64,000 bases of DNA from NCBI GenBank assembly GCA_050951325.1, contig JBMNIW010000012.1:288001-352000 (forward strand). Reading direction: 5' to 3'. The notes below the pieces were generated by a model. The model was not told where the DNA came from and searched no databases. It saw nothing but the letters and a program-made list of their open reading frames with translations. How positions within the stretch are numbered: the stretch's first letter is position 1; every line of letters starts with the position of its first letter. The position numbers were made by a program, and so were the translations under genes. Shown in pieces: positions 7,793-17,488 of the stretch. The DNA comes from Clostridia bacterium. GTDB taxonomy: Bacteria > Bacillota > Clostridia > UBA1212 > DUPL01.

Positions 7793-10573
7793 TTATGCTT
7801 TCTTCCTTTTTTTAACTATTATCAATATGACCACAACAATTGCAACTACAACAATTGCTGATGCGATAGCTACATATATCAGCGTTTCAGGGAATTCATC
7901 CCTTTCATCGTCAACAGGCACAACTCCTTTAGTGGTAAATCTGAAGTTGAAACGGCTGTCAGGGGCAGCATCGCCCAAATCCATAAACTGCATTACATTG
8001 CCAGTGATTGTCGAATTGTCAGCCCACTTGAAATCAAACTCAGGCTCGTTTCCTGTTATACCTAAAAGTTCCTTGGATACCCTAATTGTCAAGTTATCAG
8101 AACCCATAAGGTAGTCTGCAGTGCCAACGGTCTCAAACTCCCAGCCGTTATTTACAAACTTCTCAACAGAAACAGTTTTTCCGTCGCGACTTCTGTTAAG
8201 CACAAAGTCATAACCTTCCCATCCTGTTTCGTAGTTCTGGTCGATGTCAATAAATAGATTCATCCAGTTTTCTTCATCCTCAGTAACGATACCAGACACC
8301 GTCTTTGCCAGGAAGTACATGTATTTGTCATCCTGAGTTACCTTGGCATACTCAATATCGTTTCTTCCAGTTGCATTTACGTAAGTGGTCATCAGTCCAT
8401 AGGAAGGGCTGTTTCTAAACATGATATCATTTATTGTATCCATATAAGTGGTTTTTACCTTGTCCCACTGACTCATTATCTTTTTGTCCACATCCTGCAT
8501 TCTGTTTTCGCCATCGGATATAGATACGTCAAAGGATACAACATTCTTCCAAGGAGATCCGGGAAGTGGCGGCATGCCCTTAAACTTCCTAATATATGAT
8601 ACCATTTGATAGTAGTATGCATCGCCATAGCCAACGCCATCCCTCAATTTCATAGGTTCTGCATCTCTTGAGAACTCTGGGTTGAACTGGTCAACAAAGT
8701 GGTAATATGGCGTGGTTGTATGTCCGGTCTTCATATCTGCAAAGGAGTTGCTTTGTCTTCCGGCAACCCATTCATTCCAACCAGTTATCATGATAACCTT
8801 TGGGTCAATTTCAAGGGCTCTTTCAAACTGCTCTGCAAAGTGATAGCCGTATTGGGCTGTGCCCAATGTAAATTCAAAGTCTTCCTTGTTATTTCCATAG
8901 TTGGGGTTGTTGTCAGTCATGCTTCTTCCCTTGCCAAGATGCGCAAGGATTGCAATACTGACAGGAACCTGTTCCACATCTCCTTTAAAGCTTCTTCCAG
9001 GAGCTTGTGGAGAGTCATCAAGGTAATCCCAGTAACCTGAATAGTCCTTGTCATTGTCATATTTCCTGGACTGCCATGCCCAACTCTTCCTAACAGTAAA
9101 GTTGCTCAAATCCTGTTCATATTGACCACTTTCAAAGTATTCCCTGTCTTCCGTTGAAAGGGAGCTCCAGAATCTGTCTTCAGGATATTGACCAATGGTC
9201 TCATGGGAAACAGTCCACTTTTCTCCACCTGGAATATCGTTGTTACCCAAAATCAAAGGCTTGCCTTCCCATTTGAAGAACAATTCCTCATACTCGGGTT
9301 TCGTGTATACCAAGTTGTAAATTATGCGCAAGTCATGTACCAGTATATGGGGCATGTCACCGCACATGAAAGCTATCTCAGGAGTCTGCCCTCCTTCTTT
9401 TCTAATCTGAAGTAATGTGTCAAGCAACACGGTCACAGCCTCGTCAAAGGTTTCTCCGTTGGACACATCAAGGAAGATAAAGTCAATGCCTGCAGCTTCA
9501 AACATCTGAACATGCTTTCTGATTACCCAGGTATCGGAATTCAGATAGTAACCGAAATAAGGCTCTGCCCAGTAAATTCCGGGTACCGTGGGAAGCAACG
9601 CCTTCAGTCCGTCAATTCCCCTTGCCAGGTACTCCTTCGTTACGTCAACTATCTGGCTTTCCCTGTGAGCGTTTCCGGTAAAGAAGTAGAAAAGACCTAC
9701 ATACTTGTCTTCCTGGAATGCTCTTGTTTCATCCTGCATTGGAGTTACGCGGCCAAGGTCGTCTGTTGCAACCCATGTGCTGTAGTCGACAGGCCTCTGC
9801 TCCCTATCAGGGAAAACCTGTGTAACCACGGTATTGGTATACGTAAGGTTGTCTATATGTCCATCCAGTCTGTCTATCGTCATTTTCCACAGACCTGTAT
9901 ATGGAGTTCTTGAATTTTCTACTTTTTCGCCTACGAGATTGCCGTCCTTATCCGATATGGAGAATATGTTGTCAGCATCCAGATATACTTCTGCTACTTT
10001 GATAAAGTCATCTCCCTCGGAGATATACAGGCGTGTTCTGGAACCACTGCTGGTTATTCTATACTTTCTCTCCACATCCAGAGACATTCCGTGGGTTATT
10101 TTCTCTACAGCTTCGGTTCCCCCAATTGTCACCTTTACATCATTGGGCGAAATGTGGAACCAAATTCCGGTATCAACAACAGAAACTGTTGAGATAAGTT
10201 TTGTTCCAACACTTACCGTTCCTTTCGTCATAAGCATTTCAAACTCTATGGGTGCGTTTGTCACTCCATACTCATCACCGAGCTTGAATTCACTTCTAAT
10301 GTCAAAGCTCTTGCCACTCTTGCACTTGAGCTTTCCATTCTCAATTACGCCGTTGCCTTCATTGGTAAACTTCCAGCCAGGCTCCGACTTGTAGGAGGTC
10401 AGAGACGACTCCTCGAAGTCCAGTTTGTATACAGTATCTTCTGCATTATAACTTTTGTTATCCGTCATGTAGAATGTATTATCGTTTGATTGTATTGTTC
10501 TCAAATCATAATTTCCTAACAGGAGCGATATGAACAACACCAGCAAAAGCACTCGTTTCAGCTTTTCGCTCAT
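7793..10573 (-). CDS. Large secreted GH99-like glycoside hydrolase with C-terminal membrane anchor
   Basis: Signal peptide; WVATDDLGR, YWAEPYFGYY, AGIDFIFLD, WEGKP, ITGWNEW and FSRDAEPM; C-terminal TM helix plus KKRKK; GAGGTG RBS before 10573. Confidence 0.75.
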   Translation of the reverse strand: MSEKLKRVLLLVLFISLLLGNYDLRTIQSNDNTFYMTDNKSYNAEDTVYKLDFEESSLTSYKSEPGWKFTNEGNGVIENGKLKCKSGKSFDIRSEFKLGDEYGVTNAPIEFEMLMTKGTVSVGTKLISTVSVVDTGIWFHISPNDVKVTIGGTEAVEKITHGMSLDVERKYRITSSGSRTRLYISEGDDFIKVAEVYLDADNIFSISDKDGNLVGEKVENSRTPYTGLWKMTIDRLDGHIDNLTYTNTVVTQVFPDREQRPVDYSTWVATDDLGRVTPMQDETRAFQEDKYVGLFYFFTGNAHRESQIVDVTKEYLARGIDGLKALLPTVPGIYWAEPYFGYYLNSDTWVIRKHVQMFEAAGIDFIFLDVSNGETFDEAVTVLLDTLLQIRKEGGQTPEIAFMCGDMPHILVHDLRIIYNLVYTKPEYEELFFKWEGKPLILGNNDIPGGEKWTVSHETIGQYPEDRFWSSLSTEDREYFESGQYEQDLSNFTVRKSWAWQSRKYDNDKDYSGYWDYLDDSPQAPGRSFKGDVEQVPVSIAILAHLGKGRSMTDNNPNYGNNKEDFEFTLGTAQYGYHFAEQFERALEIDPKVIMITGWNEWVAGRQSNSFADMKTGHTTTPYYHFVDQFNPEFSRDAEPMKLRDGVGYGDAYYYQMVSYIRKFKGMPPLPGSPWKNVVSFDVSISDGENRMQDVDKKIMSQWDKVKTTYMDTINDIMFRNSPSYGLMTTYVNATGRNDIEYAKVTQDDKYMYFLAKTVSGIVTEDEENWMNLFIDIDQNYETGWEGYDFVLNRSRDGKTVSVEKFVNNGWEFETVGTADYLMGSDNLTIRVSKELLGITGNEPEFDFKWADNSTITGNVMQFMDLGDAAPDSRFNFRFTTKGVVPVDDERDEFPETLIYVAIASAIVVVAIVVVILIIVKKRKKA

Positions 10574-10789
10574 AACATCACCTCTTGTTAAATTATCCAT
10601 CATAACCTATTAATTATCAATGACTTTAAATAATATTCATAAAATCATAAATTGACTTTTCTACAGATTATATTTTCCAAATTGTTTGCAGATTGAAAGA
10701 ATTGTTGCGACTTTTGCTTGTTTATATTATTGCCTGATGATATAATTGGATGTAAGGATGAAGAAAAATAATGTAATAGGATGTTTTAT

Positions 10790-11827
10790 ATGTACAAACC
10801 AGGTGAACTGCTAGAACGGCTAATACCATTAGACGAAGACGAACTGATTTACAAGGAATTGTTTTTTGCAAAACAGAATAAGGATACTTATGAAGAGTTT
10901 CTTAGAAAACACGAAGATTTCAGACACAACGAACTTTTGCTCGTTGAAAACACCACGGCTTTTTCTTTTTGTCTTAAAGAAGAAAACATACTTCTCTTTG
11001 ACAACCTGGAATCAAACATATGTGTGCTGAAACACAAAAGATACAGTCCCATGAGGGGACACAGCCACACATTCTTTGAAATGATTTATGTTCTAAAAGG
11101 CTCGTGCGATAATATAATTGAAGGGACTCCAATCAGACTGAATGAAGGAGACATTTGCATAATGTCCTCTGATGTGACTCATGCAATGAGTGTTTTTGAC
11201 GACAGCTTGATTATCAATATCCTTATAAAAAAGACCACCTTCAAGGAAACTTTTTTCAAGCTCCTTAAGGACGACAATATTCTTTCAACATTTTTCACTC
11301 GTATCCTTTATACGAACAACGCAAGCAACTACATACTGTTCCATACAAAGGGAGACATAAGGTTGCACACCCTTCTTGAATACCTGATCTGGGATGGAAT
11401 CTTTGAAGACCATAAGAACAACAGTGATTTGAGAGAGTACCTTTTGCTTGCATCCTTTCACTACATGCTGGAAAATCATGTGGACAACATTGAACTTCCA
11501 AAAACAGTGGATACGAACATACCAAACATTGTCCAGATACTGCGGTATATAAAAGAGAATTACAAGACTATAAAGCTGGGGGATTTGGCAAGGCATTTCA
11601 ACTATGCTCCAAACTATATCAGCAACCTGATAAAATCCACAACAGGTTACACCTTCTCGGAGATACTTATAGAAACGAAGCTTAGAAATGCATGCAAATT
11701 CCTAAGAGATACATCCCTTCCCGTGCATGAGATTGCACACATGGTAGGATATGACAGCAACGAACACTTCCACAGGGTGTTTAAGAAATATACTGGCTAT
11801 ACGCCCAATGAGTATAGGACTATGTAA
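10790..11827 (+). CDS. AraC family transcriptional regulator (cupin + HTH)
   Basis: HSHTFFEMIYV cupin motif; IAHMVGYDSNEHFHRVFKKYTGYTPNEYR AraC HTH. Confidence 0.92.
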   Translation: MYKPGELLERLIPLDEDELIYKELFFAKQNKDTYEEFLRKHEDFRHNELLLVENTTAFSFCLKEENILLFDNLESNICVLKHKRYSPMRGHSHTFFEMIYVLKGSCDNIIEGTPIRLNEGDICIMSSDVTHAMSVFDDSLIINILIKKTTFKETFFKLLKDDNILSTFFTRILYTNNASNYILFHTKGDIRLHTLLEYLIWDGIFEDHKNNSDLREYLLLASFHYMLENHVDNIELPKTVDTNIPNIVQILRYIKENYKTIKLGDLARHFNYAPNYISNLIKSTTGYTFSEILIETKLRNACKFLRDTSLPVHEIAHMVGYDSNEHFHRVFKKYTGYTPNEYRTM

Positions 11828-11844
11828 GGAAAGGAATGTTTTTT

Positions 11845-13563
11845 ATGAATCTACCAAGACCGGAATATCCCAGACCTATAATGAGAAGAGATAACTGGAT
11901 CAATTTAAATGGCGAATGGGAATTTGAACTTGATCCCGGCCAAAGCGGAAGAGAACGTAACATGCACGCAAACGGCGTATTTTCAAAGAAAATTATTGTT
12001 CCCTTCTGTCCTGAAAGCAAACTGTCAGGTCTTGAAATCAAGGATTTCATGCCTTGTGTATGGTACAGAAGAACCTTCGAGCTCAAAGAGTTGAAAAGAA
12101 CCCTGATTCACTTTGGAGCAGTGGATTACCATGCAGAGGTATGGATTAATGGACATAGCGTCGGTACCCACGTGGGCGGCTATGTGGGTTTTACATTTGA
12201 TATCACGGATTTTGTAAAAGTTGGAGTCAATGAGGTTGTAGTATGTGCAGCGGACGACACAAGAAGCGGCAAACAGCCCATCGGCAAACAAAGCTTTAGA
12301 TATGATTCCCATGGATGTCACTATACAAGAACCACTGGTATCTGGCAGACCGTATGGCTCGAGCAGGTTTCGGATACATATATAAGTAATTTGAAGATGG
12401 TGCCGGATATAAACAATCAAAGAATCAATATAACTGTTTTCCTTGAAGGAAATGTAAGAGATGGCTCCAACCTCAAGATTGACGCCAGGTCTTCGTACGA
12501 AGGCAAGGATACGGGTTCCGTGGAGGTTAAAGGAAACTGGAGACAGGTCTCATTTTCCATCCAACTAAGCGAGCTGCATCTTTGGGAACCACTAAAAGGA
12601 AGACTTTACGACCTTGAAATTACACTTTATGAAAACGACAGTCTTGTTGATACGATAAAAAGCTATTTCGGCATGAGAAATGTGTCCCTTACAGACAAGG
12701 CCATCCTTATCAATGGCAAGCCGGTATTCCAGAGACTGATTCTTGATCAAGGCTTCTACATGGATGGTGTTTATACAGCTCCGTCCGATGATGAGCTGAG
12801 GAAAGACATTGAAAGGTCTATTGCCATGGGATTCAACGGTGCAAGGCTGCATGAAAAGGTCTTTGAGCCAAGGTTCCTTTACTGGGCAGACAAACTGGGA
12901 TATTTGTGTTGGGGAGAGCATGCCAACTGGGGTCTTGATATTTCAAATCCGGAAGGCATGATGGCATTTCTCCCAGAGTGGGTTGAAATATTGAACAGAG
13001 ACATAAGTCATCCTTCCATTGTTGGCTGGTGTCCTTTCAATGAAACCCAAGGCAATCAGGACAATAGAATCCTTGAGTATATTTATAAGGTGACAAGGGA
13101 GATAGACCCTACCAGACCAATTATTGATACAAGCGGCTGGGTTCATACAAAATTTACAGACGTCTATGACATGCACGATTATGATCAGGATATAGAAAGC
13201 TTTGCAAGAAAGCTGGATCCTTTCAAGACTGGAGATACTCCGTATGTTACACTTTCGGATCCTTCAACATACAAGAAGGGTACTCCGTACTTTGTCAGTG
13301 AATTTGGAGGAACCTGGTGGGCTCCGGACAAGGAAGGCTGGGGATATGGAAATGCTCCAAATACCGAGGAAGAGTTTCTAAAGAGGTTTGAAGGATTGGT
13401 ACGTTATCTTTTAAATCATCCGAAGGTATGCGCTTTTTGCTATACACAGCTTACCGATGTGGAACAGGAAGTGAACGGACTTTATACTTACGACAGAAAA
13501 CCCAAATTTGACCCTGAAATCATCAGACAAATAGTATCAGCAAAAGCGGCAATTGAATATTGA
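11845..13563 (+). CDS. Glycoside hydrolase family 2 (beta-galactosidase/glucuronidase-like)
   Basis: PRPEYPRP, LNGEWEF, HFGAVDY, GIWQTVWLE, LDQGF, WCPFNE, VSEFGG and YTQLTDVEQE motifs. Confidence 0.92.
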   Translation: MNLPRPEYPRPIMRRDNWINLNGEWEFELDPGQSGRERNMHANGVFSKKIIVPFCPESKLSGLEIKDFMPCVWYRRTFELKELKRTLIHFGAVDYHAEVWINGHSVGTHVGGYVGFTFDITDFVKVGVNEVVVCAADDTRSGKQPIGKQSFRYDSHGCHYTRTTGIWQTVWLEQVSDTYISNLKMVPDINNQRINITVFLEGNVRDGSNLKIDARSSYEGKDTGSVEVKGNWRQVSFSIQLSELHLWEPLKGRLYDLEITLYENDSLVDTIKSYFGMRNVSLTDKAILINGKPVFQRLILDQGFYMDGVYTAPSDDELRKDIERSIAMGFNGARLHEKVFEPRFLYWADKLGYLCWGEHANWGLDISNPEGMMAFLPEWVEILNRDISHPSIVGWCPFNETQGNQDNRILEYIYKVTREIDPTRPIIDTSGWVHTKFTDVYDMHDYDQDIESFARKLDPFKTGDTPYVTLSDPSTYKKGTPYFVSEFGGTWWAPDKEGWGYGNAPNTEEEFLKRFEGLVRYLLNHPKVCAFCYTQLTDVEQEVNGLYTYDRKPKFDPEIIRQIVSAKAAIEY

Positions 13564-13580
13564 AAATCTGTTAAATTTCC

Positions 13581-13616
13581 TTATAGCCTTGACATTAATT
13601 ACATCAAGGCTATAAT
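13581..13616 (+). promoter_or_regulatory. Sigma-A promoter embedded in a perfect 12-bp inverted repeat
   Basis: TTGACA 13589-13594, 16 bp, TATAAT 13611-13616; repeat arms TTATAGCCTTGA / TCAAGGCTATAA. Confidence 0.65.
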
Positions 13617-13657
13617 TACTTTGTCAATTTAATATTTTCTCCATCTTGGAGGTGTAA

Positions 13658-15916
13658 ATGGTGGAATATGAAAATGCACTAAAAAACAAACCCATTCCTG
13701 AGACTATCAGGAAGCTTGTTGAAGCAAAATTGGTTGATGACGAAAGATTATTGTTTGTAATTATTGGAGACTTGACCCTGGAGGGCAAGTATGGAGAATC
13801 AGCTCTGGCAGTTACCGACAAGAAGGTGATGTCAGTGGATAGTTCTCATGCAGATGGAATACTCACATATGAATATAAAGAGATAAAGGATGCCTCCATC
13901 AAAAGGATGTACGGCAATGCCCAGCTCAATATTGAGCTCAACGACGGAAGAATACTGAGGTTCTTCCGATTTACATATACTGTAACAACGTTGTGTGAGA
14001 TGGCTTCATCCTTTATAGTTCAAATAGGCAAGGGCTCTCCATTAAAGGACGAGCTTGAAATTGCCGAAGCAACCTTTGAAAAACTAATGAGTGTCTGCCC
14101 AACCTGCGGAAGGACCCTCATAAGGCCAGGCGCCGACTGTATAAAGTGCCAGTCCAAAAAGAAGATCGCAACCAAGTTTATAAAATACATAATCCCTGAA
14201 AAGTGGCCCCTTCTGTTCAGCCTTTTTTTGTCCGTTATAACAACGGCAATTGCACTGCTCCCTCCATATATCACAAAGGAGCTATTAAATAGCATTTTGC
14301 CAAACAAGGACTACAGAGCTCTTACAATCGTTGTAATTGTTCTGCTTGTTTCGTACATAGTCCACTACTCAGTAGCAGCATACAGAGGCTACCTACTCAG
14401 GATGAGCGGAAACAGGATTGTTGAGTCCTTAAGGAATGATGTATATCAAAAAGCCCAGTATCTGCCCATGAAGTTTTACGACAAAACCACAACCGGTTCC
14501 GTAATAAACAGAATAAATGGCGATACTGAGAATATTAGGGGTTTTATCATCAGGGTTACACAGGAAATACTAGTGCAGTTCATGCTGCTTATTGGTATAG
14601 TAGTCATAATGCTTACAATGCACTGGAAACTTACACTCCTGTCTCTGATCCCTGTACCTTTTGTTGTAATTGGTGCAAAGGTATTTGCTGAAAAGATTAG
14701 GCCTTACTACATTAGAATATGGAGGCGCGGCGCTGCTGTTTCCTCTGTACTTACTGATACAATACCCAACATCAGGGTGGTCAAGTCCTTTGCAAAAGAG
14801 CAGAGTGCTGTAAAGAAGTTTGAAAGATACACTGCTGAGTGGAGAAAGGTGGATACAAACTCAGCAAAAATAACGAACACCTTCCCTAATGCAGTTGCTC
14901 TGTTTGTCACATTGGGTTCATTACTTATCTGGAGCATTGGAGGCAAATGGGTTATTTCAGGAAGCCTTTCAGTGGGTCTTCTTGTTTCCTTCATATCATA
15001 TACTGCAATGTTTTATGGTCCTGTAGGTTTCTTTGCAAACTTCAGCGACGTTTACCAGAGCGCCCTTACATCCATTGAAAGAATACTTGATATAATAGAT
15101 GCAGAACCTGAACCTGACTATGGCAAGGGCAGAGTTCTTGGAGAAGTAAAAGGCAAGATTGAGTTTAGAAATGTAAACTTCTCCTTTGACCGCACCAAGA
15201 AAGTGCTGTCTGATATAAATCTTGTGATTGAGCCTGGAGACGTGGTTGGAATCGTAGGAACTACAGGTTCGGGAAAATCCACACTGGTCAACCTTATCAT
15301 GAGGTTCTATTCCGATTATGAAGGAGATATACTGCTAGATGGCGTCAACATAAAGGATATTGACATGGAGTTCTACCGTTCATGCATAGGATTTGTACAG
15401 CAGGATCCGATGATGTTCAGCGATACCATTTTCAATAATATAGCCTACGGCGTTCCCGATGCTCATGTAGAACAGGTAATTCATGCCGCAGATATTGCAA
15501 ATGCACATGACTTTATTGCAAAGCAGCCTGATGGTTATGACTCCGTACTTGGAGAAAGAGGCGTTGGCCTGTCCGGCGGTGAAAGACAGCGTATTTCAAT
15601 TGCCCGTGCGGTATTGAAAAACCCAAGAATCCTCATATTCGATGAAGCTACTGCCAGTGTTGACTCTGAAACCGAGAATCTTATTCAACAGGCTATTGAC
15701 AGGATGATAAGCGGACGTACAACCATCATGATTGCCCACAGACTGTCAACCTTGAGAAAGGCAAACAAGATTGTTGTTGTTGACCAGGGCAGAATAATTG
15801 AGTGCGGTTCGCACGAGGAATTGATGGCTCTCAAAGGCAAGTACCATAAACTTATTGAAATCCAGTCTCTTTCAGAAAAGCTGCAGAGAGACAAGGAGAA
15901 AGAGAAGTTTGAGTAG
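13658..15916 (+). CDS. ABC transporter (fused TMD-NBD) with N-terminal extension and CxxC/CxxC motif
   Basis: GTTGSGKST, LSGGERQR, LIFDEAT, IAHRLST; TMD; about 165-aa N-terminal domain ending CPTC...CIKC. Confidence 0.9.
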   Translation: MVEYENALKNKPIPETIRKLVEAKLVDDERLLFVIIGDLTLEGKYGESALAVTDKKVMSVDSSHADGILTYEYKEIKDASIKRMYGNAQLNIELNDGRILRFFRFTYTVTTLCEMASSFIVQIGKGSPLKDELEIAEATFEKLMSVCPTCGRTLIRPGADCIKCQSKKKIATKFIKYIIPEKWPLLFSLFLSVITTAIALLPPYITKELLNSILPNKDYRALTIVVIVLLVSYIVHYSVAAYRGYLLRMSGNRIVESLRNDVYQKAQYLPMKFYDKTTTGSVINRINGDTENIRGFIIRVTQEILVQFMLLIGIVVIMLTMHWKLTLLSLIPVPFVVIGAKVFAEKIRPYYIRIWRRGAAVSSVLTDTIPNIRVVKSFAKEQSAVKKFERYTAEWRKVDTNSAKITNTFPNAVALFVTLGSLLIWSIGGKWVISGSLSVGLLVSFISYTAMFYGPVGFFANFSDVYQSALTSIERILDIIDAEPEPDYGKGRVLGEVKGKIEFRNVNFSFDRTKKVLSDINLVIEPGDVVGIVGTTGSGKSTLVNLIMRFYSDYEGDILLDGVNIKDIDMEFYRSCIGFVQQDPMMFSDTIFNNIAYGVPDAHVEQVIHAADIANAHDFIAKQPDGYDSVLGERGVGLSGGERQRISIARAVLKNPRILIFDEATASVDSETENLIQQAIDRMISGRTTIMIAHRLSTLRKANKIVVVDQGRIIECGSHEELMALKGKYHKLIEIQSLSEKLQRDKEKEKFE

Positions 15917-15932
15917 CAAGGAGGAGAAAGGA

Positions 15933-16421
15933 ATGGCCAGATTATATATAAGCGGTGATGAAGCGAAAATCACTCTTAAGGAACATTACAGGGTTGATGT
16001 GGAGTTCTACAATGGCGTCAAGTTTGAAGACCTTGAACCACGAAGACTGTTCCCCATAAGTGGTTTGAGAAAGTACATAACACTGCTAGACAAAGATGGA
16101 AACGAGAAGTGTATTATTAGGGATCTGGATACCCTCATGCCAGAGTCAAGAGAGGCTGTAGAGAAGTGTTTGGACGAGTATTACCTTGTACCTAAAATCA
16201 TCAGAATTATTGACACTGAAGAAAAATATGGTATACTAAAAATGAAATGCGAAACCGAACGTGGCATCAGAACTTTCGATGTCAGAAACAGGTATAGCGA
16301 CATAAAAGTCTTATACGATAATCGAGTTCTTATTAGAGATTCAGATGACAACAGATATGAAATTCCAGATCATACCCGCTTGGATAAACACAGCAAGAAG
16401 TTACTCTATGCAGAACTTTGA
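15933..16421 (+). CDS. DUF1854-like protein
   Basis: PRRLFP, YITLLD, YYLVPKI, ETERG and LIRDSDDNRYEIPD..LDKHS pattern, recognised as DUF1854, which typically follows this ABC type; AGGAGG RBS. Confidence 0.75.
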   Translation: MARLYISGDEAKITLKEHYRVDVEFYNGVKFEDLEPRRLFPISGLRKYITLLDKDGNEKCIIRDLDTLMPESREAVEKCLDEYYLVPKIIRIIDTEEKYGILKMKCETERGIRTFDVRNRYSDIKVLYDNRVLIRDSDDNRYEIPDHTRLDKHSKKLLYAEL

Positions 16422-16454
16422 TAATAAAAAATAAATAATGGGAGGTTGAGAGAA

Positions 16455-16781
16455 ATGAAGCTTGTATTGGCTATAGTTAACAACGAAGATTCTGCAATTG
16501 CGTCATCAGCATTGACTCAGGAAGGGTTTTTCGTGACCAAGTTATCCACAACTGGTGGCTTTTTAATGGTAGGAAACACAACCCTTCTTATAGGTACAAT
16601 GGATGACAAGATTGACAAAATAAAGGAGATACTGTCAAAGTATTGTTCTACACGAAAACAGACGAATCCTTCGTACAGTTCACTCGGTAGGAATGTAAAA
16701 AACGACAGCCTCCCAGAAGACGTTACTGTAGGAGGAGCAACAATCTTTGTTTTGGGTGTGGAAGACTTTTCGAAATTATAG
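16455..16781 (+). CDS. darA: PII-like cyclic-di-AMP receptor (DarA/PstA/YaaQ)
   Basis: MKLVLAIV, TKLSTTGGFL..GNTTLLIG and VGGATIFV signature. Confidence 0.85.
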   Translation: MKLVLAIVNNEDSAIASSALTQEGFFVTKLSTTGGFLMVGNTTLLIGTMDDKIDKIKEILSKYCSTRKQTNPSYSSLGRNVKNDSLPEDVTVGGATIFVLGVEDFSKL

Positions 16782-16787
16782 ATGACA

Positions 16788-16813
16788 AACCGGGCAAATT
16801 GCCCGGTTTTTTT
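16788..16813 (+). terminator. Rho-independent terminator
   Basis: AAACCGGGCAA-A-TTGCCCGGTTT followed by a T run. Confidence 0.85.
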
Positions 16814-16883
16814 ATACATAATATGGATTTGGCTTGAATAGTATTATCACCGTATCTATAAGTTACCTTTACAGTTAAGTAGT

Positions 16884-17150
16884 CATAAGTCAGCCTCCTT
16901 TTTGTAGAGTTCCTTAAAAGTTTTTCTATCAAGTCTGATTTATCTCCTTCCACCCAATCCGCTAGCCAAAGTCCTTTTGCGTTAGGGTTGTTTACAGTTT
17001 GAAAGTTATGCTTCGGGTGGTAATACAGCCTTCTGGCCTGTGGTGAGCCTGTTTTACTAATCTAACAGCTACTCCATTGGAATCGGACTCCACAGCTGCT
17101 TCTTCCAGCTTCTTTATGGCCATTGCGTCTAATTCTATCCTGATTTTCAT
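16884..17150 (-). pseudogene. Phage minor capsid/neck protein, internally deleted and frameshifted
   Basis: MKIRIELDAMAIKKLEEAAV from the ATG coupled to the upstream stop, then in a shifted frame GSPQARRLYYHPKHNFQTVNNPNAKGLWLADWVEGDK. Confidence 0.7.
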
Positions 17151-17485
17151 TACATCAGCTCCAACCTTGTAAAATTTACAGACCCGTCTACGTTATAGCC
17201 TCTAGAAAATGCATAGATGCTTCTTACTATCTGGCCGTTGTTTATGACAGCTTCGCCTGCAATATTTTTACCTGGTGCAATATCCCCATTCATCAAAGCT
17301 ACAGCTTGCAGTTGAATAAGCTGTCTTTCAGCATTCATAATCTGCTTGGCCTTTTCGAAATAGTTGCATTTGCCATCAAAAATGACAGTCTTTTTCGGAC
17401 TGCCATCTTCATTTATTCCATCCTCAAATAGGATTGTGATGGGGGTGTTGCACATTGAATCAGGCACCAATTCTGGCCATTTCAT
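17150..17485 (-). CDS. Phage head-tail joining/head-closure-type protein
   Basis: 111 aa, located after the connector; NEDGSP and NVDGSVNFTRLEL motifs typical of Firmicutes siphophage head completion genes. Confidence 0.65.
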   Translation of the reverse strand: MKWPELVPDSMCNTPITILFEDGINEDGSPKKTVIFDGKCNYFEKAKQIMNAERQLIQLQAVALMNGDIAPGKNIAGEAVINNGQIVRSIYAFSRGYNVDGSVNFTRLELM

Positions 17486-17488
17486 CTG

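Noticed and set aside
16723-16953. 76-aa ORF as a real gene
   Set aside because: It is the tail of the broken phage minor capsid gene reading through into the darA terminator.
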